Of a stretch of 64,000 bases of DNA, positions 1-9,717 are shown in pieces. This DNA is from Prochlorococcus sp. AG-347-L17. Lineage in GTDB: Bacteria; Cyanobacteriota; Cyanobacteriia; PCC-6307; Cyanobiaceae. Numbering within the stretch: the first letter of the stretch is position 1; every line of letters begins with the position of its first letter. Location: contig QCCN01000007.1 of NCBI GenBank assembly GCA_003278925.1, forward strand, positions 19,742 through 83,741, written 5' to 3'. A model generated the notes under the pieces. It saw only the letters and a list, made by a program, of their open reading frames with translations, was not told the origin of the DNA and ran no database searches. Both the position numbers and the translations under genes were made by a program.

Positions 1-643
1 CAATAGGAATGAAAATACTAAAAAAAATTCTTAAAGAAAATGAAAATGAATTTAGAGGGAATCTTCCAATATAAAGGAATGATCTTAATACTTCTGTTGC
101 ATTCCAAGTCTTAACAAACCAAATAGTAGTAGTAGAGATAAAAAACCATAGGCTATATAAAATACAAATTGAGCAGCTTATCGTAATCAAGGATAGGGTC
201 AGAAAACTTAAATTTAAATTTATTTGATTTATTCTTATGCAGAAGAACAACAAGAAAAATCCTAGTATTATTTCTAAAAATCCAGATGGATTTAATTTTT
301 TTAATGAAATAAAAAATTGACTATCAATAGGTTTTAAAAGTACGAAGTCAAGTGTTCCTTCTCTTATATGTTTAACTATTTCTGTAAGGTTAGGATTGAA
401 CCATGTATTTGTTATTCCATTCAAAATTGTATAAATAGCCTGAATTATTAGTGCCTGTTCAAATTTCCACCCTCCAATATATCCATTATTTTGAAAGAAA
501 ATAGATAATAGAAAAATACTACCTATTAAACTTAAAATTGCAGTAATTAAATCAACTAATATATTTGTCTTGTACTCCAATTCAGAAGCCAAAGAAGTAT
601 GCAAGAATTTTTTATAAACTTTTAGATATTTACTTATATTCAT
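1..643 (-). CDS. ABC-2 family transporter permease (partial, runs off window start)
   Basis: Manual translation from ATG at 643: MNISKYLKVYKKFLHTSLASELEYKTNILVDLITAILSL..., hydrophobic; ATGA overlap with the stop of 640..1434; third gene of the ABC operon. Confidence 0.85.
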   Translation of the reverse strand, partial: MNISKYLKVYKKFLHTSLASELEYKTNILVDLITAILSLIGSIFLLSIFFQNNGYIGGWKFEQALIIQAIYTILNGITNTWFNPNLTEIVKHIREGTLDFVLLKPIDSQFFISLKKLNPSGFLEIILGFFLLFFCIRINQINLNLSFLTLSLITISCSICILYSLWFFISTTTIWFVKTWNATEVLRSFLYIGRFPLNSFSFSLRIFFSIFIPI

Positions 644-1434
644 GAACCCATAGCTGTAAATTTTTTAGTTCCTTCAGACCAGATTTTCTTAAATAATGGG
701 AAAAGTAACAAAATCCATAGAATTTGCATGCTTAAGCCTCCACTAATATTTGTTTCATTGCCTGATAACAAGTTCGCTGGGAAATCAATTAAATATGGAA
801 AAGGAGTTAAATAAATCCAAGTTTTAACGTATGCGGGAAATGAAACGACTGGGGCTAAAAGACCTGAGAGAAATAAGGTTGGAATAAATAACAATCTTTC
901 TATCGATGATGCTTTCTCTGTCCAGAAACATAAACATGCAACTATTGACTGAATTAAAAATTGAATCAAGAAGGACAAGAAAATAGATAATATCGATAAG
1001 AGTAAAATACCTAAATTTGGCATCCATATACTTTCAGGATTAAAAAGAAAAAAGAAAAATGCGATTATTAGTGCGAAAGGAAATCTTGTTATTTGTTCAG
1101 CAAGATGTTGTGCAAAATATCTGAAAAATGGATTTAAAGGTTGGATTAAATACGGAGATACTTTCCCCAGAAGAGAATCCTCTTCAAAACTAAATACAAC
1201 CCAAACTACAGAAAACTGTCTTACAAAAAAAGCACATAAAAAATACCTAGAAAGCATAACATCACTAATGTTTATGGATTCATTTAAATTATTATTTGTC
1301 CATATGTTTAACATGAAAAAAGGAATAATCCCTGAAATTGCCCATAATGCAATTTCTACCCTATATTCCAACATGTTTGAATATTGGACTTTTAATAAGG
1401 TGAATATTTTTCGGTTAATCAATTTAGATATCAT
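640..1434 (-). CDS. ABC-2 family transporter permease
   Basis: 264-aa polytopic membrane ORF (MLEYR, YLIQP, PFPYLIDFPA motifs) overlapping the ABC ATPase gene. Confidence 0.85.
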   Translation of the reverse strand: MISKLINRKIFTLLKVQYSNMLEYRVEIALWAISGIIPFFMLNIWTNNNLNESINISDVMLSRYFLCAFFVRQFSVVWVVFSFEEDSLLGKVSPYLIQPLNPFFRYFAQHLAEQITRFPFALIIAFFFFLFNPESIWMPNLGILLLSILSIFLSFLIQFLIQSIVACLCFWTEKASSIERLLFIPTLFLSGLLAPVVSFPAYVKTWIYLTPFPYLIDFPANLLSGNETNISGGLSMQILWILLLFPLFKKIWSEGTKKFTAMGS

Positions 1435-2419
1435 AATCTTTTTTGATTAATACCTTCCCAATAATTTCATCTATAGGTGGCTCATTTATAAAAAGGTCTT
1501 CAATATCAAAATTATTTAGGATGGTTTTTAGTGAAGAGGTAATAGAGTTGTTTTCAATTTTAATAGTGATTTCATTCTTTATTTTATTTTTAACGGTAAA
1601 GCCGTATTTTTCTAATTTAATTGCATCCTCTTCTGAGCGACAAACTATTAATATATCTTTAACAGGAGATAGTTTTTTCAATAATAGATCAAGTTTTCCA
1701 TCATATGATATGGACCCTTCGTGCACACATATGACTCTCTTGCATAGCGATGTAATATCTTTCATGTAATGACTGGTTAGGCATATCGTTGCATTAGTTT
1801 CCTTATTATATTTTTGAAGGAATTTTCTTAAATTTCTCTGTGCATTAATATCTAATCCAAGTGTCGGCTCGTCTAAAAACAGAATATTTGGTTCATGTAT
1901 CAAAGCTGCTAGTAATTCTGACTTCATACGCTGACCTAGTGAAAGTTTTCTGACAGGTATGAATATCTCTTCATCAAGTTCAAGCATATCAGATAGTTTT
2001 TTTATTCTCTTTTTAGCTTCCAACTTATCTAAGTCATATATTGATGCATTTAAATAGAATGATTCAATTGGCGGAAGATCCCAAATAAGCTGTTGCTTTT
2101 GTCCCATTATTAATGTGATATTCTTTAGGAAATTTTCTTTTCTTCTGAAGGGTAAGTAGCCTGAAACCGAAATCGAACCTTCACTTGGATAAATTAAGCC
2201 ACAAAGCATTTTTAATATTGTTGTTTTCCCAGCTCCATTAGCACCTAGAAAACCCACTATTTCTCCTTCTTTAATTTCAAAACTTATATCTTTTATAACT
2301 TTTAAATTTTTTGTTTTTCTTCTAAAAAAATGTTTAATTGTTCCTTTTATACCTGGTTCTTTGGATGAGATATCAAATGACTTAGATAAATTTCTTACAT
2401 CGATAATATTTTGTACCAT
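1424..2419 (-). CDS. ABC transporter ATP-binding protein
   Basis: Walker A GANGAGKT, signature LSLGQ, Walker B ILFLDEP, H-loop TSH. Confidence 0.95.
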   Translation of the reverse strand: MVQNIIDVRNLSKSFDISSKEPGIKGTIKHFFRRKTKNLKVIKDISFEIKEGEIVGFLGANGAGKTTILKMLCGLIYPSEGSISVSGYLPFRRKENFLKNITLIMGQKQQLIWDLPPIESFYLNASIYDLDKLEAKKRIKKLSDMLELDEEIFIPVRKLSLGQRMKSELLAALIHEPNILFLDEPTLGLDINAQRNLRKFLQKYNKETNATICLTSHYMKDITSLCKRVICVHEGSISYDGKLDLLLKKLSPVKDILIVCRSEEDAIKLEKYGFTVKNKIKNEITIKIENNSITSSLKTILNNFDIEDLFINEPPIDEIIGKVLIKKDYDI

Positions 2420-2496
2420 TTAATCTTTAATTACTGAAATTTTATATTTAAATAAATTATTAAAATATTTCTTATTGTAGAAAATTTTTTAACCAA

Positions 2497-2886
2497 TTAA
2501 AAAATATCTTTAAACGATACAACCAGCCAGATAAAAAAGTTAATTGGATTAAGTAACTCGCTTACCTTATTTTTATTTTCATAATTTAATTCTCTTAAAA
2601 AATTAAATATAAAATTACTATTCTCTTTTTTATCATTATTTTTTTTAATTACATTACCATTTTCGTCAAAGAGGTCAATTTCATCTTCAAAAAACCATTG
2701 TTCTTTCCCATTAGATAATTGCAATATAACTCCAATACCTTTGCCATCAGTTATTCTGAAATCACTTATCTTAGCCACAGATGAAACATTTATGGCTCCA
2801 ACTGCCTCTTTAGTAAGCCTATCCTTTGATAGTTTTAAGTTTATTTGAACTGAATCGCCTATCTTTGCCTTGTCTAAAATTGACAT
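2497..2886 (-). CDS. PetP-like / DUF2862 family protein
   Basis: Motif DFRITDGKGIGVILQLSNGKEQWFFEDEI resembles cyanobacterial PetP (recalled, not searched). Confidence 0.65.
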   Translation of the reverse strand: MSILDKAKIGDSVQINLKLSKDRLTKEAVGAINVSSVAKISDFRITDGKGIGVILQLSNGKEQWFFEDEIDLFDENGNVIKKNNDKKENSNFIFNFLRELNYENKNKVSELLNPINFFIWLVVSFKDIF

Positions 2887-2956
2887 TTTTAGGTTATTAT
2901 ACCTAGTGATAAAGGATTTATGTGATTAATTATGAATTATTTATTTATTTAAATAT

Positions 2957-3103
2957 TTATGATTTTTTGAAAATAGCTTCAAGGATTCTTTTTATTGAAA
3001 TTGTTAATACTCTCAAGAATACAAAAAAAAGTCCTAACCAACCTAAAATGACAGCTATTGATAATAAGCTTGAACCTAAATCACGCTGTAGCAAATTCTG
3101 CAT
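2957..3103 (-). CDS. 48-aa single-TM small protein
   Basis: Manual translation MQNLLQRDLGSSLLSIAVILGWLGLFFVFLRVLTISIKRILEAIFKKS*; ATG start, clear TM helix followed by a basic tail; below the 60-aa cutoff of the track. Confidence 0.65.
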   Translation of the reverse strand: MQNLLQRDLGSSLLSIAVILGWLGLFFVFLRVLTISIKRILEAIFKKS

Positions 3104-3267
3104 ATAATTTTAATTATTCTAAATTATATAAATTTTACTCTACTTTATTAAATTACTTATTAAAGCCGTAAATGTTAAAAATTCAGATGCTTTAAATTCT
3201 TTTTTTTGAATTATTTAATACATATGATTTGTGAGTTAAAATTTAGATAGAAAAATATTTTAATATT

Positions 3268-3369
3268 TTGGACCTATCTTTGAATTCATACATAGGAATA
3301 CTTTTTATCATTACTGGCCTAATAGTTAGGGTTGACTTGAAATTCTCTATTGAAAAAGATATTCAATAA
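3268..3369 (+). CDS. possible 33-aa hydrophobic peptide (TTG start)
   Basis: TTG GAC CTA...CAA TAA gives (M)DLSLNSYIGILFIITGLIVRVDLKFSIEKDIQ*; short, with a weak start. Confidence 0.25.
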   Translation: MDLSLNSYIGILFIITGLIVRVDLKFSIEKDIQ

Positions 3370-3446
3370 TTTTTAGTAAACTCTTTTTAGTTAAGACTTT
3401 ATAATCTTTATTTTTGTAATTTCTGTTACTAGTGCAAAAACTAAAA

Positions 3447-3466
3447 AAGCAGCTTTGAAGCTGCTT
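3447..3466 (-). terminator. Rho-independent terminator downstream of tRNA-fMet
   Basis: AAGCAGCTT-TG-AAGCTGCTT perfect inverted repeat followed on the minus strand by a T run. Confidence 0.75.
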
Positions 3467-3471
3467 CTAAT

Positions 3472-3548
<77 letters not shown>

Positions 3549-3593
3549 ACATATACATAGCATACATCTGAAAGGGTTATTTTTTTCCGTTTT

Positions 3594-4559
3594 TTAGGAT
3601 TCTTGGAATTTTACTTTACCTTTAACATCAAGTCGCACCCCTTCAGAAAAATTAAATACCTTTTCTTCAATGTCTTGAATTCTTAAGTCAGATATCCACT
3701 CTAACTGTTTAAGTAAGTGAAGACTAACAGCATGTTTAGCTCTTCTTGAACCATCTTCTACTTTTAAAGCCAAACCTATACCTTCATTTACTTTACATAG
3801 ACACTGTATTCCTTCTGCACCTCCTTTACCTATCACTTGTCCATGAGAAGCTTTAATTATTTCTGTATCAAATTTATTGTTGTCACTTATCATTATCGGG
3901 TTTATTGTCATAGCTCTACTTATTTGTTCTAATTCAGCATTGTCGGAACTACTTAGAAGTGAATATAACCTAGACATTTCTAATAGTTTTAAATAAAGAG
4001 TGGGGGCACCACAATCATCGCGTCCTGCTTCTATTTCAGATAAAGGGATTTCAAGTAATTCAGAAACAATTCTGAATATTTCTATTTGAAGTGGATGATC
4101 CCCCTTTAAATAACTATTTAATGGCCAATTCATTTTTTTGCATGTAGCTAAAAAAGCAGCATGTTTACCCGAACAATTATGTTCTAATGGACTTGTCTTA
4201 GATTTTGGACATTTCATATTTTTAATGTCAATGTCATATTCCCATAAAATTTTGAAGGCTTCTCTTGAATGAAGTTTTGATCCACTATGTGACCCGCATG
4301 CTAATGCGATTGATTTTGATTCATTATTGATTTTTGATGCCGCTCCACTACTAACAAAAGGTATTGCTTGAAACGGTTTAAGTGCTGACCTTATGAAACT
4401 TTTATATTCTGGATTTCCTGCGCACATTAAAACCCTTCCTTTTTTGTCAGTAATAACAGCATGAATTTTATGGATCGACTCAATATTTGATCCTCTCATT
4501 AAGATTGCTTGTAAAGGAGGATTATTAGATGTGTAGAGATTTTTGAAATTAGAACTCAT
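3594..4559 (-). CDS. L-asparaginase II (Rhizobium AnsA-type) family protein
   Basis: Motifs RSALKPFQ, HNCSGKH, DDCGAP, GKGGAEG. Confidence 0.88.
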   Translation of the reverse strand: MSSNFKNLYTSNNPPLQAILMRGSNIESIHKIHAVITDKKGRVLMCAGNPEYKSFIRSALKPFQAIPFVSSGAASKINNESKSIALACGSHSGSKLHSREAFKILWEYDIDIKNMKCPKSKTSPLEHNCSGKHAAFLATCKKMNWPLNSYLKGDHPLQIEIFRIVSELLEIPLSEIEAGRDDCGAPTLYLKLLEMSRLYSLLSSSDNAELEQISRAMTINPIMISDNNKFDTEIIKASHGQVIGKGGAEGIQCLCKVNEGIGLALKVEDGSRRAKHAVSLHLLKQLEWISDLRIQDIEEKVFNFSEGVRLDVKGKVKFQES

Positions 4560-4576
4560 TTAGAACTCATTTAGAA
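4549..4576. repeat. 11-bp tandem duplication TTAGAACTCAT x2.5 spanning the asparaginase start
   Basis: 4549-4559 and 4560-4570 are identical, followed by partial TTAGAA. Confidence 0.9.
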
Positions 4577-5065
4577 ATTGTTATATTGAAAAATCAAAAT
4601 GCCAGACAAAGCTAAGACTGAAATAATAGAAAAAATTTGAATTAAATTTTTTAAAATAGGCTTTACCTCAATTGAGGCAATAAGTGATTCTTTTTCTTTC
4701 AGAGCTATTGGCTTTTCCCATACTTGACCGTCATACCAACCGGACTCCTCGTATTCCACTTTTTCAGATATTAGTCTATTAAATATATGATTCCAACCTA
4801 AATATAACCTTATAGAAATTAAAAGAGGTATTGATAAGCTGCAAAAAAAACTTAATAGAACATATCTTAAGAGAGATGTTTTGAAATATACACTTCCTGA
4901 AGAAATGACAAGAAATAGAATAAAAGCTCCTACCCAGAATTTTATCAATGCAAGAATTAGTGACTTTTTTGTTTTTGGCCAAGAAAAAATTTTAGATTTT
5001 GACAATTCTATAAATTCATTTGTTGGTTGTTGATCTCTGGGCACAGGACATTTGGATTCGATCAT
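4571..5065 (-). CDS. CGLD27/Ycf36-like (DUF1230) membrane protein
   Basis: CPVPRDQQP N-terminus and YEESGWYDGQVWEKP motif. Confidence 0.85.
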   Translation of the reverse strand: MIESKCPVPRDQQPTNEFIELSKSKIFSWPKTKKSLILALIKFWVGAFILFLVISSGSVYFKTSLLRYVLLSFFCSLSIPLLISIRLYLGWNHIFNRLISEKVEYEESGWYDGQVWEKPIALKEKESLIASIEVKPILKNLIQIFSIISVLALSGILIFQYNNF

Positions 5066-5073
5066 AAAAAAAA

Positions 5074-5418
5074 TTATGGAAATATAAGATTATCCCCATT
5101 ACTCCAGAATGATTCAAGGTCATAATATTTTCTTATTTCTGGTTGAAAAATATTTACTATCAAATCACCATAATCAAGTAAAGCCCATTTCGCTTCATTA
5201 ACCCCTTCTTTTCGTATCGGTTCAATTTTAGCTTTCTCTCTAAGCTCTCCCTCTACAGAGTTAGTTATAGATCTAACTTGTACATCAGATAATCCTTCTG
5301 CAATTAAAATCCATTCGCTTATAAATGATACTTTGTCAATTTTTATAAGTTTTATATCTTTTGCTTTTTTTTCATCACATGCTTTAGCTGCCATTAAAAC
5401 CAAACTTTTATTGTCCAT
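5074..5418 (-). CDS. rsfS: ribosome silencing factor (Iojap)
   Basis: AKACDEKKAKDI, W(A)LLDYGDLIVNIF, RKYYDLE motifs; start re-called to ATG at 5418 (MDNKSLV...). Confidence 0.92.
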   Translation of the reverse strand: MDNKSLVLMAAKACDEKKAKDIKLIKIDKVSFISEWILIAEGLSDVQVRSITNSVEGELREKAKIEPIRKEGVNEAKWALLDYGDLIVNIFQPEIRKYYDLESFWSNGDNLIFP

Positions 5419-6046
5419 AAACATTTTCACTTGAAACTGATTTTTCTGAACCTTCTTGCTGAGATAATTCTGCTCTTGCTTTTTCAGCACTTTTTCTTAA
5501 GGCCTCTAATCTATCTTCAAAGAAACTTCTTTTTTTCTTTTTTCGTGTCTTATCTATTAACTCCTTTAATGCTCCTCCAAGGCTTTTATAAGCATTTGGA
5601 ATGCTGTATCCAAACCTACAAGCAAGATCGATAGCTCTTTCATCTGCATAAATAGCATCTTGAAGCTTTTTTTCTGAATTATTTTTTAAATATAATCTAT
5701 ACCCAGCAAAACCTGATAAACCAAGAGCAAGTAATAAAAGTAAACCATCTTGCACCCACAACTCTCCAATTGCCCCCCCGAGACCTATTGCAAGAGCAGC
5801 CATTTCCCATCCATCTCTGGGAATTGTGTCGTTTTGAATTTTTCCAACCTCGTGCCAAAATAAGAGATTTCTATGGTCAATAGCGAAGTTATCCCATTCA
5901 TCTAAGTCAATTTGAATTTCTACTTCGTCACGACCTATTTCCTCAAGTGTTATTAAAGGTGGATCTATAGCCGCAGCAGCTTCAACAAATACCCAACTTT
6001 CATTTTCTGGAGGCAACAAACTTTTAAGTCGCTGAAGTTCGCTCAT
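5408..6046 (-). CDS. DUF3318 family membrane protein
   Basis: Cyanobacterial conserved pattern LLFWHEVG, GWEMAALAIGLGG, ADERAI. Confidence 0.75.
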   Translation of the reverse strand: MSELQRLKSLLPPENESWVFVEAAAAIDPPLITLEEIGRDEVEIQIDLDEWDNFAIDHRNLLFWHEVGKIQNDTIPRDGWEMAALAIGLGGAIGELWVQDGLLLLLALGLSGFAGYRLYLKNNSEKKLQDAIYADERAIDLACRFGYSIPNAYKSLGGALKELIDKTRKKKKRSFFEDRLEALRKSAEKARAELSQQEGSEKSVSSENVYGQ

Positions 6047-6154
6047 AAAAAATTAATTTCTTTCAATACTATAGAAACAAATGTTGCTTTTCAAGTAACT
6101 TGATTAACATCTGATGATTTATAAGTAGCATGTGATAAATGAAGGTTTTCAATT

Positions 6155-9100
6155 ATGCCTCAAAGAGGTGATCTTAAAAAAATTCTTATTTTAGGTTCGG
6201 GACCAATAGTTATAGGACAAGCATGCGAATTTGATTACTCTGGTACTCAAGCTTGCAAAGCTTTAAGAAACGCTGGTTATGAAATTATCTTGATAAACTC
6301 AAATCCAGCATCAATAATGACTGATCCTGAGATCGCAAGCAAAACATATATTGAACCATTGACTCCTGAAATAGTTTCTCAGATCATTTTAAAAGAAAAA
6401 CCTGATGCCATTCTTCCCACTATGGGAGGTCAAACAGCTTTAAATCTTGCCGTTAGATTATCAGAGTCAGATTTTTTAAAACAAAATAATATTGAATTAA
6501 TTGGTGCTGATTTAAGAGCTATTAATAAAGCTGAAGATAGAAAATTGTTTAAAGAATCGATGGAGAAAATAAATGTAAATGTTTGTCCATCTGGTATTGC
6601 ATCTAACCTGAATGAAGCTAAAGAGGTATTAAAAAAAATTAGTTCTTATCCTCTAATAATAAGGCCTGCATTTACATTAGGTGGTGTAGGAGGTGGAATT
6701 GCTTTTAACCTCGAAGAATTTGTCGATTTATGTAAATCAGGTTTAGAGGAAAGTCCAAGTAATCAAATATTGATTGAAAAATCACTTATTGGATGGAAGG
6801 AGTTTGAACTAGAGGTAATGAGAGATACTGCTGACAATGTGGTAATAGTTTGCAGTATTGAAAATTTAGACCCAATGGGTGTCCACACTGGAGATTCGAT
6901 TACTGTAGCTCCTGCACAGACCTTAACAGATAAGGAGTATCAGAGGTTACGGGATTTGTCATTGAAGATTATTAGAGAGGTGGGAGTTGAAACAGGAGGA
7001 AGTAATATTCAATTTGCAATAAATCCATCTAATGGAGAAGTAATTGTTATAGAAATGAATCCTCGTGTAAGTAGATCTTCTGCCTTGGCAAGTAAAGCAA
7101 CTGGATTCCCTATAGCTAAGATTGCAGCTTTATTATCTGTTGGCTATACACTTGATGAGATTATTAATGACATTACAAAAAAAACACCTGCATGTTTTGA
7201 GCCCTCAATTGATTACGTAGTTACTAAGATCCCAAGATTTGCTTTTGAAAAGTTTAAAGGCTCATCTAATACTTTAAGCACTGCTATGAAATCTGTTGGT
7301 GAGTCAATGGCAATCGGTCGTTCTTTTGAAGAATCATTTCAGAAAGCATTAAGGTCATTAGAAGTAGGTGTTTTTGGATGGGAATGTGATTCACAAGATG
7401 AATTTAAAGATGAAAGTCAAATTAAAAATAGTTTAAGAAACCCTACATCTGAAAGAATTCTCCTGATTAAAAAAGCAATGAAGCTTGGGAAGACTGATAA
7501 TTATATTCAAGAAGTTACAAATATAGATTTATGGTTTATCGAAAAATTACGTAATATCTTTAATTTTGAAAATGATTTTTTGAAAGATAAGGAACTCTAC
7601 ACTCTAGATAGGGACTTGATGTTACATGCTAAACAATTAGGCTTTTCAGATCAACAGATTGCAAAGTTAACTAATTCTGAGTTTTTTGAAGTAAGAAGAT
7701 ATAGAAAAAAACTTAATATAATTCCAATTTATAAAACCGTTGACACTTGTTCAGCAGAATTCTCATCCTCAACTCCCTATCATTATTCAACTTACGAAGA
7801 ATCTTTCATTAATTTTAATTCTCAAATTTTTGATAGCGAGATTTCAGAAAAAAGTAAATCAAAAAAAATTATGATTTTAGGAGGAGGTCCAAACAGAATT
7901 GGTCAGGGAATAGAATTTGATTACTGTTGTTGTCATGCATCATATCAAGCTTCTACAAATGGTTATAAAACAATAATGGTTAATAGTAACCCTGAAACTG
8001 TATCAACAGATTATGATACTAGCGATATTTTATATTTTGAGCCTGTAACTTTGGAGGATGTGCTTAACATAATAGAAGCTGAAAATCCTTATGGTTTGAT
8101 TGTTCAATTTGGAGGTCAAACTCCACTGAAATTATCTTTACCTTTATTTGAATGGCTTAAATCTAATGATGGGATCAGAACTGGATCAAAAATTCTAGGG
8201 ACTTCTCCAATATCTATCGATTTAGCAGAAGATAGAGAGGAATTTACAAAAATTCTTGAAGAATTAAGTATTAGACAACCTTTAAACGGTATTGCACGTA
8301 ATCAAAATGAAGCAGAAATAGTAGCAAAAAATATAGGATTCCCCTTGGTTGTAAGACCTTCATATGTTTTAGGCGGAAGGGCAATGGAAATTGTTAAAGA
8401 TGAGAATGAATTATCGAGATATATTTCTGAAGCAGTTAAGGTATCACCTGATCATCCAATCCTTCTTGATCAATATTTGAATAATGCAATCGAGATAGAT
8501 GTTGATGCTTTATGCGATTCAGAGGGTTCGGTTGTAATTGCTGGTCTAATGGAACATGTGGAACCTGCAGGAATTCATTCAGGAGATTCAGCTTGTTGCT
8601 TACCATCCATTTCTCTTTCAAAATCCACAATTGAAAATGTAAGGAACTGGACTAAATTAATTGCACAAAGATTAAATGTTGTTGGTTTAATTAATTTGCA
8701 ATTTGCAGTAATAAATACAAATAATAAAGAAAATAAATTATTTATTCTCGAAGCAAATCCAAGAGCATCCAGGACAGTTCCATTTGTTTCAAAAGCCATA
8801 GGTAAACCAGTTGCAAAATTAGCTACTAAGTTAATGCAAGGTTTTACATTAGAAGATCTTAATTTCACAGAAGAATTTTCTCCAAAATTTCAGGCAGTAA
8901 AAGAGGCCGTTTTACCTTTTAAAAGATTTCCTGGTTCTGATACATTACTTGGTCCTGAAATGAGATCTACTGGAGAAGTAATGGGTTTAGCTAAAGATTT
9001 TGGAATTGCCTATGCGAAGTCGGAATTGGCAGCAGGTAATGGTGTTCCTTCAGAAGGAGTTGCTTTTTTATCTACAAATGATTTAGATAAAAAAAATCTT

Positions 9101-9451
9101 GAGGAAGTTGCTAGAGAACTTTTGAATTTAGGATTTAAATTAATCGCAACAAAAGGTACAGCTTCATATTTGGTGAATTTAGGAATTCAAGTTGAAGAAG
9201 TGTTAAAAGTTCATGAAGGAAGACCAAATATTGAGGACCTAATTCGTTCGGGGCTTGTTCAATTAATAATTAATACTCCAATTGGTTCACAAGCTCTTCA
9301 CGATGATGCTTATTTAAGACGTGCCGCTTTAGAATATAATATCCCAACTTTTACAACTATTCCTGGAGCAAATGCTGCCATTAAGGCGATCAAAGCTTTG
9401 CAATGCAATAAGATTAATACTTACTCTTTACAAGAAATCCATAATTATTAA
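6155..9451 (+). CDS. carB: carbamoyl-phosphate synthase large subunit
   Basis: [17 protein letters not shown], duplicated ATP-grasp domains, GVHTGDS, C-terminal MGS domain. Confidence 0.99.
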   Translation: MPQRGDLKKILILGSGPIVIGQACEFDYSGTQACKALRNAGYEIILINSNPASIMTDPEIASKTYIEPLTPEIVSQIILKEKPDAILPTMGGQTALNLAVRLSESDFLKQNNIELIGADLRAINKAEDRKLFKESMEKINVNVCPSGIASNLNEAKEVLKKISSYPLIIRPAFTLGGVGGGIAFNLEEFVDLCKSGLEESPSNQILIEKSLIGWKEFELEVMRDTADNVVIVCSIENLDPMGVHTGDSITVAPAQTLTDKEYQRLRDLSLKIIREVGVETGGSNIQFAINPSNGEVIVIEMNPRVSRSSALASKATGFPIAKIAALLSVGYTLDEIINDITKKTPACFEPSIDYVVTKIPRFAFEKFKGSSNTLSTAMKSVGESMAIGRSFEESFQKALRSLEVGVFGWECDSQDEFKDESQIKNSLRNPTSERILLIKKAMKLGKTDNYIQEVTNIDLWFIEKLRNIFNFENDFLKDKELYTLDRDLMLHAKQLGFSDQQIAKLTNSEFFEVRRYRKKLNIIPIYKTVDTCSAEFSSSTPYHYSTYEESFINFNSQIFDSEISEKSKSKKIMILGGGPNRIGQGIEFDYCCCHASYQASTNGYKTIMVNSNPETVSTDYDTSDILYFEPVTLEDVLNIIEAENPYGLIVQFGGQTPLKLSLPLFEWLKSNDGIRTGSKILGTSPISIDLAEDREEFTKILEELSIRQPLNGIARNQNEAEIVAKNIGFPLVVRPSYVLGGRAMEIVKDENELSRYISEAVKVSPDHPILLDQYLNNAIEIDVDALCDSEGSVVIAGLMEHVEPAGIHSGDSACCLPSISLSKSTIENVRNWTKLIAQRLNVVGLINLQFAVINTNNKENKLFILEANPRASRTVPFVSKAIGKPVAKLATKLMQGFTLEDLNFTEEFSPKFQAVKEAVLPFKRFPGSDTLLGPEMRSTGEVMGLAKDFGIAYAKSELAAGNGVPSEGVAFLSTNDLDKKNLEEVARELLNLGFKLIATKGTASYLVNLGIQVEEVLKVHEGRPNIEDLIRSGLVQLIINTPIGSQALHDDAYLRRAALEYNIPTFTTIPGANAAIKAIKALQCNKINTYSLQEIHNY

Positions 9452-9455
9452 AATT

Positions 9456-9674
9456 TTATTCTAAGTTATTTAGTTTTTCTCTTAATTGATTAACTAAATA
9501 GTTTCTACTAATTGAAATTAATTGGAGAGTATCTTGATGCATTTTAAGTTGTGTCTCCGCTATTTGTAGTACTTTTATAGATTCTTTTATTTCATTAGAA
9601 AGTTCATTTATTAAATATTTTTTCCCTTCAAAGGTTAAAACTGGATTCGCAGAATCATTTGTGTTTTCGCTCAT
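9456..9674 (-). CDS. small conserved coiled-coil protein (DUF6447-like)
   Basis: 72 aa; VLTFEGKKYLINELS...QLKMH pattern; convergent with carB. Confidence 0.65.
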   Translation of the reverse strand: MSENTNDSANPVLTFEGKKYLINELSNEIKESIKVLQIAETQLKMHQDTLQLISISRNYLVNQLREKLNNLE

Positions 9675-9717
9675 GGATTTACTTTTTTAATAAATATTTT
9701 TAATAAATAAAATAGAA

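Noticed and set aside
5419-5490. Longer N-termini given by the track for rsfS (also rpmG, DUF4335, S4 protein, RHH 42678)
   Set aside because: The extensions overlap neighbouring genes or regulatory boxes; downstream ATGs match the family starts.
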